In this document: one piece after another, positions 17,227 through 24,957 of the stretch
How positions within the stretch are numbered: the first letter of the stretch is position 1
Layout: each line of letters begins with the position of its first letter
Source: a virus
Reading direction: 5' to 3' (one strand)
Virus record (IMG/VR): IMGVR_UViG_3300017963_000231
Coordinates: 22,829 to 86,828 of that record
Length of the DNA stretch: 64,000 bases
Translations under genes and position numbers: made by a program
The notes under the pieces: generated by a model
Told to the model about the DNA's origin: nothing
Seen by the model: only the letters and a program-made list of their open reading frames with translations
Databases searched by the model: none

Positions 17227-17739
17227 ATGGGTATGGTCAGGGATAGTTTCAATAATTGGCTCCGGAAAACGAAAGTGATGACTAAAAACCTTTCTAGAGG
17301 AATGGGTTTGGCTTGGCCTTACTATGATCCGGGTGAGATAAAATTTATGCGGGGGATCAGAAAGGTGGAAGAGGAAAAACGAGATGGTCTCTACGGGAGT
17401 TCGGTTCTCAGGTCCAAGGTTATAGCCTTAAATCCCAAGGTTCTCAGGAGAGATGGGCTTATGTGGGCAACGTCGGCTCTGCATGAGGCGGAACACGGGA
17501 TCAATGGGACTGATGAAGGCCCGGCTACTACCAGAGAGTTCAACTTTCTTGGAAAGGTCTATAAGGATTGTATGCGAAGGCGTGATAGGTCAGGGGCAAC
17601 CAAGGCGATGAAGGCCGCGATAATTGCCATGCGGCAACGGAAACGTATGTGCGAGCCTAAAGTGAAGAAGGATGACCACAATCTTTTGACGCGGTATGGG
17701 TTCTCGGATAAGGCCGCTTCGACCATAATGGAGGCGTAA
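17227..17739 (+). CDS. Putative zincin-type metallopeptidase
   Basis: SALHEAEH followed by DEGPA. Confidence 0.55.
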   Translation: MGMVRDSFNNWLRKTKVMTKNLSRGMGLAWPYYDPGEIKFMRGIRKVEEEKRDGLYGSSVLRSKVIALNPKVLRRDGLMWATSALHEAEHGINGTDEGPATTREFNFLGKVYKDCMRRRDRSGATKAMKAAIIAMRQRKRMCEPKVKKDDHNLLTRYGFSDKAASTIMEA

Positions 17740-17740
17740 A

Positions 17741-17917
17741 ATGAAAGAGCACACTAAAATTTCACCGGAATTGGAGAAGGAAATTGGGGATATTGTGGAT
17801 GAGGACATCCAGAAGGTGATTGAGGAAGAGGGAACTATCGAAAAGGATGTATCTCTTTTTGGGCTCAAGATGAATAATATCTTGGGTCTTAAGTCGCGGA
17901 AAAGGAAACGGTTATGA
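17741..17917 (+). CDS. Small protein (58 aa, not in the track)
   Basis: RBS GGAGG; MKEHTKISPELE... Confidence 0.6.
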   Translation: MKEHTKISPELEKEIGDIVDEDIQKVIEEEGTIEKDVSLFGLKMNNILGLKSRKRKRL

Positions 17918-18012
17918 TCTTGAAACACTGTACCCGTTGCGGGTACGATACTTGGCATTCATTGGAAGGTGAATGTCAGATGTGCGAAAAACGGAAAAAA
18001 AGGAGGAAATAA
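17914..18012 (+). CDS. Zn-ribbon microprotein (32 aa)
   Basis: ATGA coupling; CTRC...CQMC and a basic tail. Confidence 0.5.
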   Translation: MILKHCTRCGYDTWHSLEGECQMCEKRKKRRK

Positions 18013-18013
18013 A

Positions 18014-18367
18014 ATGGGTGATGCAAGAGGAGGAGGCGGTGGAGGAGGCGGCGGTGCCGCTCGTGGCGCTACTTTTGGGGGTTCCGCGCAACTTGGAGCC
18101 GTGGCGGCAGGGCTTAATAGTGAAGTTCGACCGATGACCACTGCGCGAGTAACGAGGGATAATAATGTTCGGGTTGGTAACGGGGAACGGAGTATTCAGC
18201 TTTCCAGGGCCAATGAGGATGAGATGATTCGACGGGTTGGGGGGATGGGTCCGGGTGATACTCTTACCATTGCTAATCCTCAATCTCGGGTCTTTACGAG
18301 CATGAATGTTGGACAAGCTCAACGGGTACGCCGTTCAATTCTTGAGGCTCGGAGACGGCGAGGCTAA
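18014..18367 (+). CDS. MGD-(Gly)n family protein 2
   Basis: RBS AGGAGG; MGDARGGGGGGGGGAA. Confidence 0.8.
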   Translation: MGDARGGGGGGGGGAARGATFGGSAQLGAVAAGLNSEVRPMTTARVTRDNNVRVGNGERSIQLSRANEDEMIRRVGGMGPGDTLTIANPQSRVFTSMNVGQAQRVRRSILEARRRRG

Positions 18368-18369
18368 TA

Positions 18370-18498
18370 ATGGGCGACGGTATTGGTGGTGGGGCCGGAG
18401 GAGGGGGTGCTCTTGTTGATCAAGGTACTCAAACCATTCCGATCTCGGAACTTTACGATGTGACTGAGAAGATTACGCCGAAAGCTCGCAACTGGTAA
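18370..18498 (+). CDS. MGD-(Gly)n family protein 3 (42 aa; possibly frameshifted and extending to 18557)
   Basis: MGDGIGGGAGGGGAL; the -1 frame is open 18468-18557. Confidence 0.6.
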   Translation: MGDGIGGGAGGGGALVDQGTQTIPISELYDVTEKITPKARNW

Positions 18499-18556
18499 AT
18501 GAACTCTTGGGTCGTCCTTCTCGCAAGGAATCAAGGGAAAAGAAAAGGAAAAAGTA

Positions 18557-18826
18557 ATGTTTGTCAATGATTTTGAATGCTCCAAGTGCGGGGTGATCTC
18601 CGAGATTATGACTAATTCTCGGGTAGATCAAGCGGAGTGTCCAGAGTGTGGCGGTGTAGCCTCTAAGATTTTTACCAAGGCCCCTGATTATCACATGAGT
18701 ATCGATACATTCATGGAGCATCAGAGGGGGCATCTCGGGCCAAAGATTAAGAAGTCGATGGAAAAGGAAGCCAGACTCAAGCAGGAGGTAGAGAGGGCAA
18801 GAAGGACTGTAAGAGGAGGGCAATGA
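18557..18826 (+). CDS. FmdB-type Zn-ribbon protein
   Basis: DFECSKCG...ECPECGG. Confidence 0.75.
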   Translation: MFVNDFECSKCGVISEIMTNSRVDQAECPECGGVASKIFTKAPDYHMSIDTFMEHQRGHLGPKIKKSMEKEARLKQEVERARRTVRGGQ

Positions 18827-18827
18827 C

Positions 18828-19442
18828 ATGAGTGCATTGGTCGATAGTGTTTTGAGTTTTATCGATAGTGTGGCATTGCCAAATGAGGATTGGCGTATCG
18901 ATGTTGAGCATGACAAGGCGGAAGGTTTCGTTGTACTCATGGCGGTAAGTGAGTTCGGGAAGGGGCAGTGCCTAACGTTTGCTTGCATGGAAGAGATAGT
19001 ATATTCGTACCCCGGTAAGGAAGCGGATTTCTGGAGTTATGCTTTAGAGAAGCTATACGATAACATCAGGGATGATAATTTGAATAGATTGCGGGAAAAG
19101 TACGATATTTTTATTGGACCGGAGATTGCTCGGGAGCTTCATGCTATGAGGAGTACGGCTCGGTATCAGGAATTGTTAACTCCTCTTGATGGGGTTGAAC
19201 CCATTTTGGCATTCGGGGATGGTGTTGGGGATCAGGAAATGATGGAGGCTTACAATTTTAATCTTGCTAATGGCGGTAGCCTTGCTGATTTTATTTGGAT
19301 TGTAGATAAAGGTAAGCAATTGACAATTTCTTTGGTTTATAAGCCATTTGAGTTGATTGTTCTTCATCTGGATGATGTGGTTGATAAGAGATCATGGGAG
19401 GTGCTTGAGCCTGAGTACACTTCCCTGAAAGTACACTATTAG
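18828..19442 (+). CDS. Hypothetical protein
   Basis: RBS GAGGAGG; tight packing. Confidence 0.7.
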   Translation: MSALVDSVLSFIDSVALPNEDWRIDVEHDKAEGFVVLMAVSEFGKGQCLTFACMEEIVYSYPGKEADFWSYALEKLYDNIRDDNLNRLREKYDIFIGPEIARELHAMRSTARYQELLTPLDGVEPILAFGDGVGDQEMMEAYNFNLANGGSLADFIWIVDKGKQLTISLVYKPFELIVLHLDDVVDKRSWEVLEPEYTSLKVHY

Positions 19443-19455
19443 CAAGAGGAAGTGG

Positions 19456-19605
19456 ATGAAATTAGATAAATCAGAGGCCAAGGTTGTAGCGGAACTTCTT
19501 GACGCATGCCGAGCCTCAGGGGCCTGTAACTCTTGCGTTAATCGCAAGGAATGCAACTCGATCAAAAAGAAGTTGATCGAGGGTGAGACTCAAACGGGGG
19601 AATGA
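19456..19605 (+). CDS. Small Cys-containing protein (49 aa)
   Basis: Fills the gap; C...CNSC...C. Confidence 0.5.
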   Translation: MKLDKSEAKVVAELLDACRASGACNSCVNRKECNSIKKKLIEGETQTGE

Positions 19606-19608
19606 GTT

Positions 19609-20325
19609 ATGGAGTATAAGAAATTTTTAATTCCGGTGAGCATAGAGGCCGATTTTTTGGATGAGGCGTGGTTTTTGGCTCTTCAATCCATGTTTATAGA
19701 TGGTCGGGTGTATCAGATAGATCAAGGGTCATTTGAGGGCCATCGGCGGTTGGAACTTGATTTTGTGACGATCAATATCAAGCATCCTGGGGAAGGCAAT
19801 CTTATTCCGGTGATTCCGGAGGGCATGGCTAGGGTGACGGCTCCCGCTTCTCCGGAGCATGTCAATTCTTACTATTCTTACCTAATGTCAGCCGATAAAG
19901 CTGAGTATGAGCAATATACTTACGGTGAGCGGATTGTAGGCGGGGTGAATCAGGTAGAAAAGATAATTGAGCGGTTCCGTAAGTACGGAGAGGGGACCAA
20001 TCAGTGTTGCATGGCAGTAGCGAGGCCGGAAGATATTGAATTGACAGACCCGCCTTGCCTTCGGATGATCGATTGCCGAATGATGTATGGCCAACTCCAT
20101 TTCATCGTTTATTTCCGCTCTTGGGATTTATGGGGAGGTCTCCCGTCGAATTTGGCGGGTATCCAGACCCTCAAGGCCATTATGGCAGACTCAATTGGAT
20201 GTGGGGACGGGGAGATCATCGCTTGCTCGAAAGGGCTCCATCTCTATGACATGGCTTGGGAGCAAGCCGCGATTCGGACCTATAAGATCGAGCAATACAA
20301 CCATTTGATGAAGTTTTTGGGGTAA
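19609..20325 (+). CDS. thyA: Thymidylate synthase family protein (short ThyA-type)
   Basis: YTYGER, DPPCL, FRSWD..GGLPSN and LHLY motifs. Confidence 0.85.
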   Translation: MEYKKFLIPVSIEADFLDEAWFLALQSMFIDGRVYQIDQGSFEGHRRLELDFVTINIKHPGEGNLIPVIPEGMARVTAPASPEHVNSYYSYLMSADKAEYEQYTYGERIVGGVNQVEKIIERFRKYGEGTNQCCMAVARPEDIELTDPPCLRMIDCRMMYGQLHFIVYFRSWDLWGGLPSNLAGIQTLKAIMADSIGCGDGEIIACSKGLHLYDMAWEQAAIRTYKIEQYNHLMKFLG

Positions 20326-20327
20326 TC

Positions 20328-21122
20328 ATGATTCATTTTGGTAGTTATAAGGACGTGATTTCGGAGTTAGATGACTCCAGCGTGGATTTGATTCTTACTG
20401 ATCCACCTTATGGGACTACTGATTTAAGTTTTGATGACGGGACAACGGAGGGATGGTTCCTTGATTGTGAACGGGTGCTCAAAGATACTGGGTATCTAAT
20501 CAGTTTCGGGCCGGAAGATCTTTTAATGGAGATCGGAATTCATTTTCAGAGCCGGTTCCGCGTATCTTGGGTGAAAAGCCTTCCTTTTATGCAACTGAAG
20601 GGGGCGAAAAAACCTAGTTCTCATCACGAATTGATAGGTGTTTTTTGTAAAAAAGAGGCAAAAGTAAAGGATTTGCCGTGGAATGTAGTGAAACGTAAAG
20701 GTGATCCTTACCTAAAGAAGCAGAATAGCCGTAAGTCCAAAAGGGAGGGAAAGGATCAAATTGATCGGAGAGGGTTTAACACTGCTAATTTTATATCTGA
20801 AAACGCCGGGTATCGCCTTCAGACGGATGTAATTAAGGCTCCGAATAAGCCAACCATGAAGCATGTTGAGCGAACTCCCCATCCGACTCAGAAGCCCTTG
20901 ACGCTACTGATACCATTGATTGCTTGGGTGACCAATCCGGGTGACGTGGTACTCGATCCATTTTGCGGATCGGGTGGAACGGGAATAGCATCGAAACTGT
21001 TATCTAGGGAGTTCATTGGAATTGAACTCGATCCATTTTATGTCGGGCTGGCCGAAGCTAGAATAAAAGACTATGAAAGATTCAGTTACGCACTGGAGGA
21101 TTACATATTAGATGAAAGCTAA
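20328..21122 (+). CDS. DNA methyltransferase, beta-class N6-A/N4-C
   Basis: TDPPY before HPTQKP and LDPFCGSG. Confidence 0.92.
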   Translation: MIHFGSYKDVISELDDSSVDLILTDPPYGTTDLSFDDGTTEGWFLDCERVLKDTGYLISFGPEDLLMEIGIHFQSRFRVSWVKSLPFMQLKGAKKPSSHHELIGVFCKKEAKVKDLPWNVVKRKGDPYLKKQNSRKSKREGKDQIDRRGFNTANFISENAGYRLQTDVIKAPNKPTMKHVERTPHPTQKPLTLLIPLIAWVTNPGDVVLDPFCGSGGTGIASKLLSREFIGIELDPFYVGLAEARIKDYERFSYALEDYILDES

Positions 21123-21408
21123 GAGAGTTACGCTGGATATTTGGATACCATTCATCCCAATTCCGGGGAGATGGGATGATCGAATGGTGAACTATGTTTG
21201 TTACGGGTCGTTTGATGGGTTCCGACGGTGGTTTCCTACGGTGTTCCAGTATCTTTACATCAGGTCTAAGTGGTTTCGTGATCAGATAGCCAGGGGGATG
21301 GATACTCGGGCTTCTATCGCGGAAATCAGGGGGAATGAGAATAAGGCCATTCCGGCGTTGGATGAATTTTGGGGGAAGTCATGCGAAGAGGACTCAGATT
21401 TAAATTAA
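21112..21408 (+). CDS. Hypothetical protein
   Basis: Coupled ORF. Confidence 0.6.
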   Translation: MKAKRVTLDIWIPFIPIPGRWDDRMVNYVCYGSFDGFRRWFPTVFQYLYIRSKWFRDQIARGMDTRASIAEIRGNENKAIPALDEFWGKSCEEDSDLN

Positions 21409-21989
21409 TGAGGGTAGCAGTTTTGGGGTATGCAGTATTGCAGGGGGCGTGTGCTCCATCGGAAAGTGCGAATGATGAGTATATTCCCGGTATCTATCAA
21501 GTGTCTGTTCCTGGGGATGAGCCTGGAGTTCTTCTCATAGGGCAGTCCAATTGTGTTGGGTTTGATTTGGCATGGGATGGGCCAGAGCGGTTTGATATTT
21601 TTGCATTGCCGGGGTCTAAGATCGAGAAATGGGATCCGCCGGATACGGCTTTGTTTCGGGAAGTCGATCATCTTCTTGCGGAGAGGCCCTACAAGGCCGT
21701 GATTTGGTTCCAGGGCGAGAGTGATGGGGTAGATATCCAATCGGCTCGGCTTTACCATGATCGGCTTGAGGAGCTACTCTCGCATATCTTGATCCATAGT
21801 CCGGTGATCCTCGTGACAACTCACGGGACACCATATTCGGATATGGTTAACGGGGCGAAGGGTGAACTTAGTAAGGAGTATGAAGGGGTTTACATGGTGG
21901 ATTCATCGGATTTGCCTCGAAGGGATAGTATGCATCTGACGATTGATGGAAAACTTGAACTGGTAGATAGGTTTAGGTTATACTATTAA
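21408..21989 (+). CDS. SGNH hydrolase (sialate O-acetylesterase-like), probable lipoprotein
   Basis: IGQSN, WFQGESD and DSMH motifs; short hydrophobic N-terminus ending LQGAC. Confidence 0.78.
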   Translation: MRVAVLGYAVLQGACAPSESANDEYIPGIYQVSVPGDEPGVLLIGQSNCVGFDLAWDGPERFDIFALPGSKIEKWDPPDTALFREVDHLLAERPYKAVIWFQGESDGVDIQSARLYHDRLEELLSHILIHSPVILVTTHGTPYSDMVNGAKGELSKEYEGVYMVDSSDLPRRDSMHLTIDGKLELVDRFRLYY

Positions 21990-22085
21990 AGTAGGTCGTG
22001 AGGTTTAAGATGCATAATTATGCGTGTAGTTGTCGGATAATAGAATATTAGGGGGCGAATTTGTCTTACCTAGAGGGGGTAGGTT

Positions 22086-22949
22086 GTGAGTGGTCGGATA
22101 CGATTAACGGAAGGTTTTCGGAGGTTGCGGCGGTCAAGGAGATTCCATGATATCCATGCTCTTATAGTGGCCGGGGTAGCATGTAATGAAATCGCGAGGA
22201 AGATTCAGATGGAGTGGCGGGAGATGAACACGGTATCCCAAGCAACGTTGGCAAAGCAACTGGAGAGGTATCGTAAGTCCCTGGAGGTAGGGGGGTTGGC
22301 TCCCCATGAGATTCCGGAAGAGGCCCGAAAGGCCAGGGGGGGTATCCTGGGTTCGGCGCTGGAAAAAGGGGGGTGGGCAGTATATGATGCGGAAACGTCC
22401 TCATCTAAGGTGGATGAAGATCCGTACAAAGGTCGGACTAAGGCAGAGATCGAGCAAGCATCTTCAGGTGATTTGGCGAGGATGGTTGAAAAAGAGAAGG
22501 CAATCCCTACTGACGGGGCGGTAGATGTAAAGGAGGGGCTATCCAAGCTACTCGATATTCAGATGGCTCGAATCGCGATGGAGGTAAAGAATGAAGAGAG
22601 TATAGGGAAGCTCATGCCGGGGACGGGGTTAGAAATCAACGTAGCCAAGGATATACTCAAGTCTCTCCATGTGGTGCAGGGGGATCTAGGGTTGACTCAC
22701 AAGGAACCTGATCAGCTATCAGTAGGTATAGGGATCGGTCCTTCCAAGGATTTGACGGAAGCATTGTCTAAGTCTGGATTATTAAAGACTATTTCTGACA
22801 AAAACTCCCGAAAACGTATTTTAAAAGCGCTTCAGGGGGAGACCCCTCTAGGGGGGCAGACATTTTTGCCTGAAATGTCGGAAAATGCGGAAAATGAGGA
22901 TGATGTGGTCCAAGTAGTTGAAAATAAAGGAGGAAATGGGGATGGATAA
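22086..22949 (+). CDS. Hypothetical protein, candidate terminase small subunit
   Basis: N-terminal HTH-like segment, helical body and position upstream of TerL; function inferred. Confidence 0.45.
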   Translation: MSGRIRLTEGFRRLRRSRRFHDIHALIVAGVACNEIARKIQMEWREMNTVSQATLAKQLERYRKSLEVGGLAPHEIPEEARKARGGILGSALEKGGWAVYDAETSSSKVDEDPYKGRTKAEIEQASSGDLARMVEKEKAIPTDGAVDVKEGLSKLLDIQMARIAMEVKNEESIGKLMPGTGLEINVAKDILKSLHVVQGDLGLTHKEPDQLSVGIGIGPSKDLTEALSKSGLLKTISDKNSRKRILKALQGETPLGGQTFLPEMSENAENEDDVVQVVENKGGNGDG

Positions 22950-23169
22950 GAGTTGCATAAACTGCGATTTTAATTATAGTTGTGATGCTAGGTTAAAAGG
23001 GAAGTTTGAGCCTTCCTTTTGCCAGGAGTTCTCTATCAATATCGATCAGGATGATGAAAAAGGGAATCGGGAGCGGGCAGAGCAATGCAAGTTCTTTGTC
23101 CCAAGGGGAGGGGACCGGAGTAAGGTGCCGGATCGGGAGCGGTGGTATGAGAAAGATAGTATCGCATAA
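22936..23169 (+). CDS. Small Cys-containing protein
   Basis: RBS AGGAGG; CINC...C. Confidence 0.55.
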   Translation: MGMDKSCINCDFNYSCDARLKGKFEPSFCQEFSINIDQDDEKGNRERAEQCKFFVPRGGDRSKVPDRERWYEKDSIA

Positions 23170-23249
23170 ATGTGCGAAGCTCTTGAGTAAGGATATGGAG
23201 CGGTGCATTGCTGAAAAGGTCGGGGATGAGAGTAAGGGAGAAAAGTAAA

Positions 23250-23729
23250 ATGGGAGATGGGAAAGGCGCAGGTGGTGGTGGAGGTCAAATAATGAATGTT
23301 ACCGGTAAATCCGGGGATGTTGTTAGAGAGGAGGTATCACAATTTATACGTCGCAATACCGAAATAGATAATCCATACATGACAACGCAAGGACTTGGGA
23401 CTGGCGTTAATTCTGGGTTGACGGCGGATTTTTTGCAAAGTCAACTTGATCCTGGGGCTAAGGTGACAGTCACTACTCGCAGTGTGGATTCGGCTATCGG
23501 TAAGAATGGAAAGTTATCTGGTCCTGGAAAGTCTTTTGTGACTACTATCAGTGGGGGCGGGGTAGATGTCAGTGTGATAACATCTCAAGCCGGGCAAATT
23601 CGATCTAGTCGGATTAAACGAGTTCCTCGTTTGTATACAAGAGTCGAAGGAGGGGAGGGCGGAGGAAAATCTTTTCTCGGGTTCCCTGCCACGAGTATTT
23701 TTCAGACGGTTACTGGTAAACTCAACTAG
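23250..23729 (+). CDS. MGD-(Gly)n family protein 4
   Basis: RBS AAGGGAG; MGDGKGAGGGGGQ. Confidence 0.78.
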   Translation: MGDGKGAGGGGGQIMNVTGKSGDVVREEVSQFIRRNTEIDNPYMTTQGLGTGVNSGLTADFLQSQLDPGAKVTVTTRSVDSAIGKNGKLSGPGKSFVTTISGGGVDVSVITSQAGQIRSSRIKRVPRLYTRVEGGEGGGKSFLGFPATSIFQTVTGKLN

Positions 23730-23762
23730 AGGGAATAATGAACACCAAAAATAAAAAGGGGA

Positions 23763-24020
23763 ATGATGGTGAAACTTCAGAGTAAGGACAGGGAACGCCA
23801 TGCCGAAACAATCATGACGGTAGAGAAAAGGGCGGTTGCTTGCTATGATTGTGTGAAACTCACTTTGCTGAAAGACCTATGCTCACCGGCGGGTAGTCTG
23901 GATTTGACCTGCCCGGATTGCACGAAAAAGCGAGAGGCCGGGAAGATTGTCCTTTTTCTTATTTCGATGCTTGGGATCATGAGAATTGTACGCAAGGATG
24001 GGCGGTGCAAGATGATATGA
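23763..24020 (+). CDS. Small Zn-binding protein
   Basis: CYDC...CPDC. Confidence 0.5.
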   Translation: MMVKLQSKDRERHAETIMTVEKRAVACYDCVKLTLLKDLCSPAGSLDLTCPDCTKKREAGKIVLFLISMLGIMRIVRKDGRCKMI

Positions 24021-24113
24021 TGTGGTGTTATCCGGGTAGTTCGGCATGTCCACGGTTCGATGAGGGGGCTTTATCTGGCGGGATTCGTGATCTTCTAGGT
24101 AGGGAGTAGGGCG

Positions 24114-24308
24114 ATGATAGCTGATGTGATATGCGAGAATGATCTTTGTTTACATAACAATGGTCATGGTGGATGCCGGGCATTGGGGATCAAGTTGGAA
24201 GTGAAAATGGTGGGGAAAAATAATTGTGTTTTGGCGTGTTCTAAGTACAAACTTGACCCACGGGATGAAGGTAAATTGAGTGATGGGAAAGATGATGAAA
24301 AACAATAA
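24114..24308 (+). CDS. Small Cys-motif protein
   Basis: VICENDLCLHN...C...C. Confidence 0.55.
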   Translation: MIADVICENDLCLHNNGHGGCRALGIKLEVKMVGKNNCVLACSKYKLDPRDEGKLSDGKDDEKQ

Positions 24309-24408
24309 GTTATATACCGCATATATAGTGAAAATTAATGTGTAATGCATATCTATGCAGGGAAAATTACCGCATTGTGTGCGTAATTTTTCCCGAGGAG
24401 GGTTGAAA

Positions 24409-24957
24409 ATGGGTGACGGGAAGGGAGGCGGCGCTGGCGGTGGAGGTACTGCGGCGGCAGTTGGCGGGAAAGAGGGACTCCGGGAACTGGATCAGGTTCT
24501 TCGAGGGGCGGAATCTTATTCAGGGACGATCTTGGCCGAGCAGGAAAGTCAGTATTTAGGTGGTTTCGGTCCGGTCCGGCGGTCAGGTCCGGCTCCTTGG
24601 GATCGGTTTAATTTCAGGTCTCAACCGAACGGCAATTTGGGCGGGATCCGGAGAAATGACCGGATTGTGATCACGGGCCAGGGTTTCGGCAGTAGGAGGG
24701 ATCCGCCAAGTCGATGGGTAACCGGTCCGGCTCGTGTCACTTCGGTTCGAGGGCGTGGGGATGGTCGAACGGTGACGGTTTCACCTATCGGGAATTGGTC
24801 TCGCCATCGGTCGATTACCCTGAATACGGCTCCTGCCAGGGCTCCGGGGCAGAGATTTACCACTTCTCCCCAATCGAGTGAGGTCAGGACTAGTCCAAAT
24901 ACTCCGGCTCGAAGGAGAGGGGTGACGGTGATGACGGTAACGGGGAGGGCTGAGTGA
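24409..24957 (+). CDS. MGD-(Gly)n family protein 5, Arg-rich
   Basis: RBS GAGGAGG; MGDGKGGGAGGGGTAA; GTGA overlap with TerL. Confidence 0.8.
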   Translation: MGDGKGGGAGGGGTAAAVGGKEGLRELDQVLRGAESYSGTILAEQESQYLGGFGPVRRSGPAPWDRFNFRSQPNGNLGGIRRNDRIVITGQGFGSRRDPPSRWVTGPARVTSVRGRGDGRTVTVSPIGNWSRHRSITLNTAPARAPGQRFTTSPQSSEVRTSPNTPARRRGVTVMTVTGRAE

